This document shows positions 18,010-27,714 of a stretch of 32,000 bases of DNA, one piece after another. The notes under the pieces were generated by a model. That model saw only the letters and a program-made list of their open reading frames with translations. It searched no databases and was not told where the DNA came from. The position numbers and the translations under genes are program-made. Location of the stretch: NCBI RefSeq assembly GCF_000195955.2, contig NC_000962.3:2670001-2702000 (forward strand), in the 5' to 3' direction. Within the stretch, counting starts at the first letter, position 1. Each line of letters opens with the position of its first letter. Origin of the DNA: Mycobacterium tuberculosis H37Rv. GTDB lineage: Bacteria > Actinomycetota > Actinomycetes > Mycobacteriales > Mycobacteriaceae.

Positions 18010-19941
18010 GTGAGTGTTTGGTTGCGAGCGGGCGCCTTGGTGGCTGCAGTGATGCTGTCGCTGAGCGGATGTGGCGGCTTCCACGCGGGTGCGCCAAGCA
18101 CGGCCGGTCCGTGCGAGATCGTCCCCAATGGCACGCCGGCGCCCAAGACACCCCCGGCTACCGTGCCTTCGTCGCGCAACCTCGCGACCAACCCCGAGAT
18201 CGCCACCGGCTACCGCCGGGACATGACCGTGGTGCGGACCGCCCACTATGCGGCAGCCACCGCCAATCCGCTGGCCACTCAGGTGGCCTGCCGAGTATTG
18301 CGCGACGGTGGTACCGCCGCCGATGCCGTCGTGGCCGCCCAGGCGGTGCTGGGGTTGGTCGAACCGCAATCCTCCGGGATCGGCGGCGGCGGATATCTGG
18401 TGTACTTCGACGCCCGCACGGGCTCAGTGCAGGCCTACGACGGCCGTGAGGTGGCCCCAGCGGCCGCCACCGAGAACTACCTTCGCTGGGTCAGCGACGT
18501 CGACCGCAGCGCGCCCAGGCCCAACGCCCGAGCCTCGGGACGGTCGATCGGAGTACCGGGCATCCTGCGAATGCTGGAGATGGTGCACAACGAGCACGGG
18601 CGCACACCCTGGCGCGACCTCTTCGGCCCCGCGGTAACGCTGGCCGATGGCGGTTTTGACATCAGCGCCAGGATGGGCGCGGCCATCTCCGACGCTGCGC
18701 CGCAACTGCGAGACGACCCGGAGGCTCGCAAGTATTTCCTCAATCCCGACGGCAGCCCGAAACCCGCGGGAACCCGGCTGACGAACCCCGCGTACTCAAA
18801 AACCCTGTCCGCCATCGCCTCCGCCGGCGCCAACGCCTTCTATTCCGGCGACATTGCCCACGACATCGTGGCGGCGGCGAGCGACACATCGAATGGCCGC
18901 ACGCCGGGCCTGTTGACCATTGAGGACCTGGCGGGTTACCTCGCCAAGAGACGCCAACCGTTGTGCACGACCTATCGCGGCCGGGAGATCTGCGGCATGC
19001 CATCGTCGGGTGGCGTCGCCGTGGCCGCAACCTTGGGCATCCTCGAGCACTTCCCGATGAGCGACTACGCGCCCAGCAAGGTCGACCTCAACGGCGGTCG
19101 CCCGACCGTGATGGGGGTTCACCTGATAGCGGAGGCCGAACGGCTGGCCTATGCCGACCGCGACCAATATATCGCTGACGTCGATTTTGTCCGGCTGCCC
19201 GGCGGCTCGCTCACCACGCTGGTTGACCCGGGCTACTTGGCAGCACGCGCCGCGCTAATCTCGCCGCAACACAGCATGGGCAGCGCCAGACCGGGGGACT
19301 TCGGCGCACCGACGGCCGTCGCCCCGCCAGTGCCTGAGCATGGCACCAGCCACCTCAGCGTCGTCGATTCGTACGGCAATGCGGCCACGTTGACGACGAC
19401 GGTGGAATCTTCGTTCGGCTCCTACCACCTGGTGGACGGATTCATCCTCAACAACCAGCTGAGCGATTTCAGCGCCGAGCCACACGCTACTGACGGATCA
19501 CCGGTGGCTAACCGGGTCGAGCCTGGGAAGCGACCGCGCAGTTCGATGGCACCGACGTTGGTGTTCGATCACTCGTCGGCGGGGCGCGGTGCGCTGTACG
19601 CGGTGCTCGGTTCTCCGGGCGGCTCCATGATCATCCAGTTCGTCGTGAAAACACTTGTGGCGATGCTGGATTGGGGTCTGAATCCGCAGCAGGCGGTTTC
19701 CCTGGTCGATTTCGGCGCCGCGAACTCGCCGCACACTAACCTCGGCGGTGAGAATCCCGAGATCAACACTTCCGACGATGGTGATCATGACCCGCTGGTG
19801 CAAGGCCTGCGCGCGCTGGGGCATCGAGTTAATCTTGCCGAGCAATCCAGTGGGCTCTCGGCGATCACCCGCAGCGAGGCGGGTTGGGCCGGCGGCGCCG
19901 ACCCACGCCGCGAAGGCGCGGTCATGGGCGACGATGCCTGA
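18010..19941 (+). CDS. ggtB: Gamma-glutamyltranspeptidase (lipoprotein-type signal), GgtB
   Basis: 643 aa from GTG. N-terminal lipobox-like LSLSGCGG. Nucleophile region GTSHLSVVDSYGNAATLTTTVESSFGS and GSPGGSMIIQFV. Confidence 0.95.
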   Translation: MSVWLRAGALVAAVMLSLSGCGGFHAGAPSTAGPCEIVPNGTPAPKTPPATVPSSRNLATNPEIATGYRRDMTVVRTAHYAAATANPLATQVACRVLRDGGTAADAVVAAQAVLGLVEPQSSGIGGGGYLVYFDARTGSVQAYDGREVAPAAATENYLRWVSDVDRSAPRPNARASGRSIGVPGILRMLEMVHNEHGRTPWRDLFGPAVTLADGGFDISARMGAAISDAAPQLRDDPEARKYFLNPDGSPKPAGTRLTNPAYSKTLSAIASAGANAFYSGDIAHDIVAAASDTSNGRTPGLLTIEDLAGYLAKRRQPLCTTYRGREICGMPSSGGVAVAATLGILEHFPMSDYAPSKVDLNGGRPTVMGVHLIAEAERLAYADRDQYIADVDFVRLPGGSLTTLVDPGYLAARAALISPQHSMGSARPGDFGAPTAVAPPVPEHGTSHLSVVDSYGNAATLTTTVESSFGSYHLVDGFILNNQLSDFSAEPHATDGSPVANRVEPGKRPRSSMAPTLVFDHSSAGRGALYAVLGSPGGSMIIQFVVKTLVAMLDWGLNPQQAVSLVDFGAANSPHTNLGGENPEINTSDDGDHDPLVQGLRALGHRVNLAEQSSGLSAITRSEAGWAGGADPRREGAVMGDDA

Positions 19942-20071
19942 GCCGTTCGCCGGCGGGCGGCCAAACGAACGCGGACCACTTCGAGCCGATAATTTTGCCG
20001 GCCCTCTCGGGCTTTGTCTGCGGTTTTACCGGCTCGGTGCATTCGCGCGCTAGCCGATAGGGTCTATCGCC

Positions 20072-22075
20072 ATGTCCGGTGCCACGGTGGGTGCGCGCGA
20101 AATCACCATCCGCGGAGTCGTCCTGGGCGCATTGATTACCTTGGTGTTCACCGCGGCCAACGTGTACCTGGGGCTAAGGGTTGGATTGACATTCGCCACT
20201 TCCATACCGGCCGCGGTGATCTCGATGGGCGTGCTGCGGTTGTTCGCCAACCACTCAGTGGTGGAGAACAATATTGTTCAGACGATCGCGTCGGCGGCCG
20301 GCACGCTGTCGTCGATCATCTTCGTGTTACCGGCACTGCTCATGATCGGCTGGTGGAGCGGGTTTCCGTACTGGACAACGGCGGCGGTGTGTGCACTGGG
20401 CGGGATCCTTGGCGTCATGTACTCAATTCCGTTGCGCCGCGCACTCGTCACCGGATCAGACCTGCCGTACCCAGAAGGCGTTGCCGGAGCCGAGGTTCTC
20501 AAGATCGGTGACTCCGCACGGGAGATGGAGCACAACCGTAGGGGAATTGGGGTAATCGCCCTGGGCGCGGCAGCGGCGGCGGGATATGCACTGCTGGCAT
20601 CCCTGCGGGTGATCAACAACTCACTGTCGGCCACCTTCCGAGTAGGTTCCGGTGCGACGATGATCGGTGCCAGCTTGTCGCTGGCGTTGATCGGCGTCGG
20701 TCATCTTGTTGGCGTCACCGTCGGTGTCGCAATGATCGTCGGATTGGCTATCGCCTTTGGGGTAATGCTGCCAATACGGACAGCCGGCCAACTGCCGCCG
20801 GACGGGGACTACGCCGTCGCCGTCGCCAGAATTTTCTCGACGGACGTGCGGTTCATCGGGGCGGGCGCCATTGCGGTGGCGGCCGCCTGGACGTTCTTGA
20901 AGATCCTGGGGCCGATTCTGCGTGGCATCGCCGACGCCGCGGTCTCAGCTCGAACCCGACGCCGAGGGCAAGCGGTTGGCCAGACCGAGCGCGACATCCC
21001 GATCCACATCGTGGCCATGGTGGTTCTTCTCTCGCTGATCCCAATCGGATGGCTGCTCGCGGACTTTACCGACGGGACACCGCTCGATGACCGCAGGCCC
21101 GGCGCCATCGCCGCCGGGGTACTGCTCGTCTTGGTCATCGGGTTGATGGTCGCTGCGGTCTGCGGTTACATGGCCGGGTTGATCGGCTCGTCGAACAGCC
21201 CGATCTCGGGCGTGGGCATTCTGGTGGTGGTGCTGGCCGGTCTGCTGATCAAGACTGCGTATGGTCCGGCCACCGGCTCGCAGATTCCGGCCCTGGTGGC
21301 CTACACCGTGTTTACCGCTGCATTGGTCTTCGGCGTGGCGACTATTTCCAACGACAATCTGCAGGACCTCAAAACCGGCCAACTCGTCGGCGCTACCCCA
21401 TGGAAGCAGCAGGTTGCACTGATCATCGGCGTGCTCGTCGGGTCGGTGGTGATGGCGCCGATCCTGCAGCTGATGCAGGCTGGATTCGGGTTCCAGGGGG
21501 CGCCGGGCGCAACGGCCAACGCATTGGCCGCCCCGCAAGCCGCGCTCATGTCCGCGCTGGCCAAGGGAGTATTTGGTGGCTCGCTGAACTGGTCGCTGGT
21601 CGGTGTAGGGGCCTTGACCGGCGTGATAGCGGTCGCGCTCGACGAGACACTGGCCAAGACGACAACCAACCTTCGGCTGCCGCCACTAGCGGTGGGTATG
21701 GGTATGTACCTGTCGGCCGCACTGACGCTGATGATCCCGATCGGCGCATTCCTCGGGCGGATCTATGACTCCTGGGCGCGGTGGTCTGGGGATGACGACG
21801 AGCGCAAGAAACGGTTGGGCGTCATGCTCGCGACGGGCCTGATTGTGGGCGAAAGCCTATACGGGGTGCTCTTTGCCGTCATCGTCGCGACAACTGGCAA
21901 AGAGGAGCCGCTGGCCATGGTCGGCGACGGATTCAGGTTTGCCTCCCAGCCGCTGGGAGCCATCGTCTTTGCCGGCCTCCTCGCTTGGCTCTACCAGCGC
22001 ACCCGGGTCACAGCGTCGTACCGGCTGGCAGCGCCGGCCGGCAGCTCCAAGCCACTGCCCGATTTGCCTGGGTAA
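20072..22075 (+). CDS. OPT-family oligopeptide transporter, membrane protein
   Basis: 667 aa, many TM helices. EITIRGVVLGALITLVFTAANVYLGLRVGLTFATSIPAAVISMGVLR is typical of the OPT family. Confidence 0.9.
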   Translation: MSGATVGAREITIRGVVLGALITLVFTAANVYLGLRVGLTFATSIPAAVISMGVLRLFANHSVVENNIVQTIASAAGTLSSIIFVLPALLMIGWWSGFPYWTTAAVCALGGILGVMYSIPLRRALVTGSDLPYPEGVAGAEVLKIGDSAREMEHNRRGIGVIALGAAAAAGYALLASLRVINNSLSATFRVGSGATMIGASLSLALIGVGHLVGVTVGVAMIVGLAIAFGVMLPIRTAGQLPPDGDYAVAVARIFSTDVRFIGAGAIAVAAAWTFLKILGPILRGIADAAVSARTRRRGQAVGQTERDIPIHIVAMVVLLSLIPIGWLLADFTDGTPLDDRRPGAIAAGVLLVLVIGLMVAAVCGYMAGLIGSSNSPISGVGILVVVLAGLLIKTAYGPATGSQIPALVAYTVFTAALVFGVATISNDNLQDLKTGQLVGATPWKQQVALIIGVLVGSVVMAPILQLMQAGFGFQGAPGATANALAAPQAALMSALAKGVFGGSLNWSLVGVGALTGVIAVALDETLAKTTTNLRLPPLAVGMGMYLSAALTLMIPIGAFLGRIYDSWARWSGDDDERKKRLGVMLATGLIVGESLYGVLFAVIVATTGKEEPLAMVGDGFRFASQPLGAIVFAGLLAWLYQRTRVTASYRLAAPAGSSKPLPDLPG

Positions 22076-22103
22076 CCGCATTGCGCCCGAGGGGTCCGGC
22101 TTT

Positions 22104-22120
22104 TCACAGCAACTTCACGG
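22104..22120. promoter_or_regulatory. PhoP-like box (direct repeat TCACAG-N5-TCACGG), immediately followed by -35-like TTGACA (22121-22126)
   Basis: Direct repeat with 11-bp periodicity, the known PhoP binding geometry, directly upstream of the apr locus. Confidence 0.7.
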
Positions 22121-22159
22121 TTGACATCCACCTTGGCTCGCAGCTCTGCGAGGCAGCCT

Positions 22160-22510
22160 GAGGTGACAAAGCCGGCGGCCCGACACATGCAGCCGAGTTG
22201 GCTGGCTCGGAAGGGGGACAGAGTTGACCATGACAGCGAGTGTGGCCAAGGTGACAGCTGCACGCCCGGAGCCAAGCGCGGCGTGGGCTGAAGCCCGGCG
22301 GCGGGTACGCCAACGCCGCGAGGACATGCTGCGCCATCCTGCATTTCTGTCCAAGCAGCTCCCTGCCGAACCAGCAGACGACGACGGCGTCGCGGCCGTC
22401 TACGACATCGCGATTGCGCGTCGGCGCCGACCTGCTTGAGCGGGTCCCGGCGGGTCAACGTCGGCGGCTGCCGGGTAAACCGGCAATCGACGACCGGGCC
22501 TTGGCGGGCG
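22160..22510 (+). ncRNA. mcr7: Approximate position of the PhoP-dependent small RNA Mcr7
   Basis: Mcr7 is known between the OPT gene (Rv2395) and PE_PGRS41. The PhoP-like box and TTGACA predict a start near 22150-22160. Boundaries come from memory plus promoter geometry and are not visible in the sequence. Confidence 0.5.
22224..22439 (+). CDS. aprA: AprA, acid and phagosome regulated protein A (small, MTBC-specific)
   Basis: 71-aa ORF MTMTASVAKVTAARPEPSAAWAEARRRVRQRREDMLRHPAFLSKQ... in the correct place between Rv2395 and PE_PGRS41. The start could be TTG 22224 or ATG 22230. Confidence 0.65.
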   Translation: MTMTASVAKVTAARPEPSAAWAEARRRVRQRREDMLRHPAFLSKQLPAEPADDDGVAAVYDIAIARRRRPA

Positions 22511-22657
22511 CGTCGCGTTCTGCCAGCTGAACTCGCCGAGCCTGGTCGATGTGCCTGGGCTGGTGCCCGCGATGCCCTTGGACGCGCTCCGGCCGGCGAG
22601 ACAGCCGACGAGTGGCTTGGGCGAATGCGCCACGATGCGTCGGCCAGAGGCGGGTAA
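22436..22657 (+). CDS. aprB: AprB, acid and phagosome regulated protein B (small, MTBC-specific)
   Basis: 73-aa ORF beginning with a TTG that overlaps the aprA stop (TTGA). Position in the aprABC locus fits. Confidence 0.55.
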   Translation: MSGSRRVNVGGCRVNRQSTTGPWRARRVLPAELAEPGRCAWAGARDALGRAPAGETADEWLGRMRHDASARGG

Positions 22658-22798
22658 CGAGAAGGTGGCGGTGATCTGGGAAAGCCTGGATGTCGTTCCC
22701 CCCGAGTCGCTATAGTCAACTGCGCCGATGGGTCAATGCTGGCCAGGCGATGCTCTGGTCGACATGGCTTAGCAATCCTGACATTTTGGAGGTGCCGG

Positions 22799-23884
22799 AT
22801 GTCGTTCCTGATTGCTTCGCCGGAGGCGCTAGCGGCGACAGCCACATATTTGACAGGTATCGGTTCGGCAATCAGCGCGGCGAACGCGGTCGCGGCCGCC
22901 CCGACAACAGAGATCCTGGCGGCGGGGACCGACGAGGTGTCCACCGCCATCTCAGCGCTGTTCGGCGCTCATGCCCAGGCATATCAGGCGCTCAGCGCCC
23001 ACGTGGCGGCATTTCACGACCAGTTCGTGCATACCTTGACCGCCGGTGCCGGCTCATACATGGCCGCCGAGGCCGCCGCCGCCTCGCCTCTGCAGGCTTT
23101 GCAGCTGGAGCTGCTCAACGCCATCAATGCACCCACCCTGGCGCTGTTGGGACGCCCGTTGATCGGCGACGGCACCGATGCGGCGCCGGGGAGCGGGGGG
23201 GCCGGCGGGGCCGGCGGCATCTTGATCGGCAACGGCGGGACCGGCGGCGCCAGCGACTTAGCCGGGACCGGCCGCGGCGGGGTCGGCGGGGCGGGCGGCG
23301 CCGGCGGGCTCTTCGGCATCGGCGGCGCCGGCGGGGGCTGCGGGTCCGCGGTGGCGATCGGGGGTGACGGCGGGGCTGGTGGCGCCGGCGGCGTGTTCAG
23401 CGGCGGCGGCGCCGGCGGGGCCGGCGACGCCATCGGGGGTAGCGGCGGCGCGGGCGGCACCGGTGGGCTGTTGGGTGGTGGCGGCGGCGCGGGCGGCGCC
23501 GGCGGCGCCGGCGGCAATGGCGGGGGCGCCAGCAACAGCGCAAGTATCGGGGGTGACGGTGGGTCCGGCGGCGCGGGCGGCATGCTCTACGGTGCCGGCG
23601 GCGTCGGCGGCAACGGCGGGGCCGCGGTCGCTATCGGGGGTGACGGCGGGGCCGGCGGCAGGGCCGGAGCGATCGGCAACGGCGGTGACGGCGGCAACGG
23701 CGGGACTTCCAACACCCCCGGCGGTAGCGGCGGCGACGGCGGCAATGGCGGGAACGCCGGACTGATCGGCAACGGCGGTAACGGCGGCAACGCCGAGATT
23801 GTCATCTCCGGCGGTAGCGTCGCCGGCACCGGTGGCAACGGCGGGTTGCTGTTGGGCTTCAACGGCACGAACGGGCTGCCGTAG
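22799..23884 (+). CDS. PE_PGRS41: PE_PGRS family protein (PE_PGRS41/AprC)
   Basis: 361 aa from ATG 22799 with SD GGAGG. N-terminal PE domain [39 protein letters not shown]..., then extensive GGAGG/GNGG repeats. Confidence 0.95.
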   Translation: MSFLIASPEALAATATYLTGIGSAISAANAVAAAPTTEILAAGTDEVSTAISALFGAHAQAYQALSAHVAAFHDQFVHTLTAGAGSYMAAEAAAASPLQALQLELLNAINAPTLALLGRPLIGDGTDAAPGSGGAGGAGGILIGNGGTGGASDLAGTGRGGVGGAGGAGGLFGIGGAGGGCGSAVAIGGDGGAGGAGGVFSGGGAGGAGDAIGGSGGAGGTGGLLGGGGGAGGAGGAGGNGGGASNSASIGGDGGSGGAGGMLYGAGGVGGNGGAAVAIGGDGGAGGRAGAIGNGGDGGNGGTSNTPGGSGGDGGNGGNAGLIGNGGNGGNAEIVISGGSVAGTGGNGGLLLGFNGTNGLP

Positions 23885-23908
23885 CGGGCGAGCCCGCCGG
23901 CCTCTGGA

Positions 23909-24964
23909 TCACGTCGATGTGACTTTGACCCGTTCCACGCCGGCATCGTCGACGCCCGATACGCCACCGGCAATCGGCGGCACCCGGGTGGCACGCACGT
24001 AGACGGTGTCACCCTCGCGTAGGGCCAGCGCCTCGGCATCGCCGCGGGTGATCTGGGCGGTGAAGGCCCCGCCGGTGGCCGCGCTGGTCAACTCCACGCG
24101 GACCTCGAAGCCCAGCACCACCACCCGATCCACAACAGCCCGTAGCACACCGGTGGACCCGGCGGTGCCGTCAGCGGCGGCCACGGCCATATTGGGAGTC
24201 CGGCCGACCCGGATGTCGTGCGGGCGCACCAGGGAGCCGTTCAACGTGGAAACCGCTCCCAAGAAGGACATCACGAAGGCGTTCGCCGGGGCGTCGTAAA
24301 CGTCGGTCGGGGATCCGACCTGCTCGATACGGCCCTTGTGGAGTACGGCGATGCGGTCGGCCACATCCAGCGCTTCGGCCTGATCGTGGGTGACCAGCAC
24401 CGTGGTGACATGCACCTCGTCGTGCAGGCGGCGCAGCCAGGCACGCAGCTCTTCGCGCACCTTGGCATCGAGTGCGCCGAACGGCTCGTCGAGCAGCAGC
24501 ACCTCCGGATCGACCGCCAGCGCCCTGGCCAGCGCCATCCGCTGTCGTTGCCCACCGGAGAGCTGATTGGGGTAGCGGCTCTGAAATCCGCTCAGGCCCA
24601 CCACCTGCAGCAGATTGTCGACCTTGGCCTTGATCTCGGCCTTGGGGCGCTTACGGATCTTCAACCCGAACGCCACGTTGTCACGGACAGTCAGGTGTTT
24701 GAACGCCGCGTAGTGCTGGAAGACGAATCCGATGCCACGCCGCTGTGGCGGCACCCGGGTGACGTCGCGGCCGTTGATCGTGATGGTTCCGGTGTCCGGT
24801 TGGTCGAGGCCGGCTATGGTGCGCAACAGCGTCGACTTGCCCGAACCGCTGGGGCCCAACAATGCGGTCAGCGAACCGGTCGGTACGACGAAATCCACGT
24901 GGTCAAGTGCGACGAAGTCGCCGTAGCGTTTGGTGGCGTCGGCCACGACGATGGCGTAGGTCAT
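23909..24964 (-). CDS. cysA1: CysA1, sulfate ABC transporter ATP-binding protein
   Basis: 351 aa. Walker [10 protein letters not shown], signature [15 protein letters not shown], Walker B VLLLDEPF. Confidence 0.95.
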   Translation of the reverse strand: MTYAIVVADATKRYGDFVALDHVDFVVPTGSLTALLGPSGSGKSTLLRTIAGLDQPDTGTITINGRDVTRVPPQRRGIGFVFQHYAAFKHLTVRDNVAFGLKIRKRPKAEIKAKVDNLLQVVGLSGFQSRYPNQLSGGQRQRMALARALAVDPEVLLLDEPFGALDAKVREELRAWLRRLHDEVHVTTVLVTHDQAEALDVADRIAVLHKGRIEQVGSPTDVYDAPANAFVMSFLGAVSTLNGSLVRPHDIRVGRTPNMAVAAADGTAGSTGVLRAVVDRVVVLGFEVRVELTSAATGGAFTAQITRGDAEALALREGDTVYVRATRVPPIAGGVSGVDDAGVERVKVTST

Positions 24965-24980
24965 TTTCACCGTCTCCTTC

Positions 24981-25799
24981 TCAGCCCTCGCTGACCGCTC
25001 GTGCCCGGCGGGCGTCTAGCACCATCTGGACGATCAGCACCACCACGGAAACCGCCATCAGCAGCGTCGACAGCGCGTAGGCACCGTACTCGGCCCCACG
25101 GTGGTAGCGGTCGGAGACCAAGAGGGTCAGTGTTTGCGATGTCCCTGGAAGGTTCGACGAGACGATGATGACCGCCCCATATTCGCCGAGGGTTCGAGCG
25201 ACGGTCAATACGATGCCGTACGTCAGGCCCCACCGGATGGAGGGCAGCGTGATTCGCCAGAATGTCTGCCACCAACCGGAACCCAGCGTCGCCGCCGCCT
25301 GCTCCTGGTCGGTGCCCAATTCGTGCAATACGGGTTCCACTTCGCGCACCACGAATGGACAGGTGACGAACATGCTGCCAAGCACGATTCCCGGCAGCCC
25401 GAAGATGATCTTGAAGCCAAGGTCCTGCTCGACGAAGCCCAGGGCGCCGGCCGATCCCCACAGCAAGATCAACGAGACGCCCACGATGACGGGTGAAACC
25501 GCAAAAGGCAGATCGATAATCGCCTGCAAGACGCCCTTGCCGCGGAACCGGTTGCGGGCCAGCACCAATGCCGTCGTGACTCCAAAGATCACGTTCAGCG
25601 GTACCACGATAGCCACCACCAGTAGCGACAGGTTCAGCGCTGATATCGCCGCCGGGGTACTGATCCAGGCGTAGAACTGGCCAAAGCCCGGTTCGAAGGT
25701 CCGCCACAGGATCAGCGCTACCGGAACGATCAACAGCACAAAGACGTACCCCAGCGCGACCGATCGGACGAGGTAGCGAGCCGCCGGCAAGGAGGTCAT
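24981..25799 (-). CDS. cysW: CysW, sulfate ABC transporter permease
   Basis: 272 aa. Permease EAA-type motif [25 protein letters not shown]. Operonic with cysT and cysA1. Confidence 0.95.
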   Translation of the reverse strand: MTSLPAARYLVRSVALGYVFVLLIVPVALILWRTFEPGFGQFYAWISTPAAISALNLSLLVVAIVVPLNVIFGVTTALVLARNRFRGKGVLQAIIDLPFAVSPVIVGVSLILLWGSAGALGFVEQDLGFKIIFGLPGIVLGSMFVTCPFVVREVEPVLHELGTDQEQAAATLGSGWWQTFWRITLPSIRWGLTYGIVLTVARTLGEYGAVIIVSSNLPGTSQTLTLLVSDRYHRGAEYGAYALSTLLMAVSVVVLIVQMVLDARRARAVSEG

Positions 25800-26647
25800 G
25801 CGGCCATCTCCTCACGTTTGGCCGCACGCGCGCCGACGACACGTAGGATGAGCAGCACAATGAACGAAATCGAGAGCAATACAACCGATATCGCGGCCGC
25901 TCCGGTGCGGTCGTCGTTCTCGATCAGGGTGCGAATCCATTGCGAGGACACCTCGGTCTTGCCCGGCACGGCCCCGCCGATCAGAACCACCGAACCGAAC
26001 TCGCCGATAGCGCGCGAAAACGCCAGGCCCGCACCGGATAACAATGCCGGCGTCAGCGACGGCAACACCACCGAAGTGAAGATTTTGGCACCATTAGCGC
26101 CCAGCGACGCCGCCGCCTCCTCGGTCTCGCGATCGATTTCCAGCAGCACCGGCTGCACGGCGCGCACCACGAACGGCAATGTGACGAACGCCAACGCCAC
26201 CCCAACACCGGTCGCGGTGTGTTGAAAATGAAGCCCCACCGGGCTGTTGTTCCCGTACAGTGCCAACATCACCAGGCTGGCGACGATGGTGGGCAACGCA
26301 AACGGCAGATCGATAATCGCATCGACGATCCGCTTGCCAGCGAAGTCGTCACGCACCAGCACCCAGGCGATCAGCAAGCCGAACACCAGGTTGATGACCG
26401 TGACTGCGGTCGAAATCGTCAGCGTTACCCGGAACGACTCCATCGCGGCATGCGACGAGACCGCCAGCCAGAAGGCCCGCCAACCACCGCCCGCGGCCTG
26501 CCAGACGATGGCGGCCAGCGGCAACAGCACGATCACCGAAAGCCACACCACTGCCATACCGACCCGAACGGAAGGGGGGCCCGCGGGGCCGGAAAGGCGC
26601 GCGCGGAACTGCGGCGCGCGGCGTTCGCCGACCAACGATTCCGTCAT
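25796..26647 (-). CDS. cysT: CysT, sulfate ABC transporter permease
   Basis: 283 aa from ATG 26647 (MTESLVGERRAPQ...), overlapping the subI stop. EAA-type motif EEAAASLGANGAKIFTSVVLPSL. Confidence 0.95.
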   Translation of the reverse strand: MTESLVGERRAPQFRARLSGPAGPPSVRVGMAVVWLSVIVLLPLAAIVWQAAGGGWRAFWLAVSSHAAMESFRVTLTISTAVTVINLVFGLLIAWVLVRDDFAGKRIVDAIIDLPFALPTIVASLVMLALYGNNSPVGLHFQHTATGVGVALAFVTLPFVVRAVQPVLLEIDRETEEAAASLGANGAKIFTSVVLPSLTPALLSGAGLAFSRAIGEFGSVVLIGGAVPGKTEVSSQWIRTLIENDDRTGAAAISVVLLSISFIVLLILRVVGARAAKREEMAA

Positions 26648-27714
26648 CCGGTGGCCCGCAGATAAATCTTGGTGATGCTGCCGGTCGCCTTGTCGAACAG
26701 CTGAGGATCCACGCTGCCCCAGCCACCGAGGTCGGCGATCGTCCACAGTTTCGCCGGCACCGGAAACAGGTCGGCAAAATCGGCGGCGACCGCCGGATCG
26801 ACCGGCCGGAAACCGGCCTGCGCCCATAACTTCTGCGCCTGCACGGTGTACTGGAAGTTTCTGAATGCGGTCGCCGCTCCAAGGTGTGTGCTGGTCGCCA
26901 CTACGGCCAACGGATTTTCGATCTTGAACGTCTGCGGCGGGGTGACGTGCTGCACCGGTTTGCCCGCCCGCTCGGTGGCGATGGCTTCGTTCTCGTAGCT
27001 GATCAACACGTCACCGCTGCCCTGGACAAAAACATCGGTGGCTTCCCGCCCCGACCCGGGGCGCAATTTGACGTGTTCATTCACCAATGTATTGACAAAG
27101 TCGATCCCCGCTTGGTTATTCCGGCCACCGTCACTTTTCGCGGCGTAGGGGGCTAGCAGATTCCACTTGGCAGAACCCGAACTCAGCGGACTGGGCGTGA
27201 TGACCTCAATACCCGGGCGCAACAGGTCATCCCAATCTCTGATGTTCTTCGGGTTACCCGCGCGGACCACAAACGTCACCACCGACCCGAACGGGATGCC
27301 CTTGGTGGCATCGGCGTCCCAGTCCTTGTCAACCTTGCCGGCCTTGACCAGGCGAGCGATGTCCGGTTCGACCGAGAAGTTCACCAGGTCGGCCGGTTTA
27401 CCGTCGGCAACACCGCGCGACTGGTCGGCCGACGCGCCATATGAGGTAATCACCTGGACTCCCCGGCCCTGTTCGGAAGCGTTGAACGCGGGAATCACCG
27501 CACTCCAGCCGGGTTCCGGGACGGCGTAGGCGACCAGGGTGATGCTCGTATGCGCACGGTCCGGTCCCGCACGGCCGACCACGTCGCTGGGACCGCCATG
27601 ACACCCCACGCCGATACCGGCGATCAATGCGCACACCACCCCGGCAGGGATAATGTGCCGCCAGCGGGATGCGCTAGCGATGCAGCTCGCTTCAGAAAGC
27701 GTCAAGGAGAGCAT
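26644..27714 (-). CDS. subI: SubI, sulfate-binding lipoprotein
   Basis: 356 aa. Signal/lipobox region VVCALIAGIGVGC. Sbp-type sequence VQVITSYGASADQSRGVADGKPADLVNFSVEPDIARL. Confidence 0.95.
   Translation of the reverse strand: MLSLTLSEASCIASASRWRHIIPAGVVCALIAGIGVGCHGGPSDVVGRAGPDRAHTSITLVAYAVPEPGWSAVIPAFNASEQGRGVQVITSYGASADQSRGVADGKPADLVNFSVEPDIARLVKAGKVDKDWDADATKGIPFGSVVTFVVRAGNPKNIRDWDDLLRPGIEVITPSPLSSGSAKWNLLAPYAAKSDGGRNNQAGIDFVNTLVNEHVKLRPGSGREATDVFVQGSGDVLISYENEAIATERAGKPVQHVTPPQTFKIENPLAVVATSTHLGAATAFRNFQYTVQAQKLWAQAGFRPVDPAVAADFADLFPVPAKLWTIADLGGWGSVDPQLFDKATGSITKIYLRATG

Noticed and set aside
23014-23583. Proline-rich 189-aa minus-strand ORF, and the GGC-rich array that superficially resembles tandem repeats or CRISPR
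   Set aside because: It is the complementary reading of the PGRS glycine repeats. There are no evenly spaced identical repeats with unique spacers.
23884-23908. GCGGGC-GA-GCCCGC inverted repeat between PE_PGRS41 and cysA1 as a terminator
   Set aside because: Too short a stem, loop too tight, and no U-tract. Such GC palindromes are frequent by chance in this genome.
24218-24994. Plus-strand 258-aa ORF opposite cysA1
   Set aside because: Shadow of the ABC ATPase. The minus frame has Walker A/B and signature motifs.
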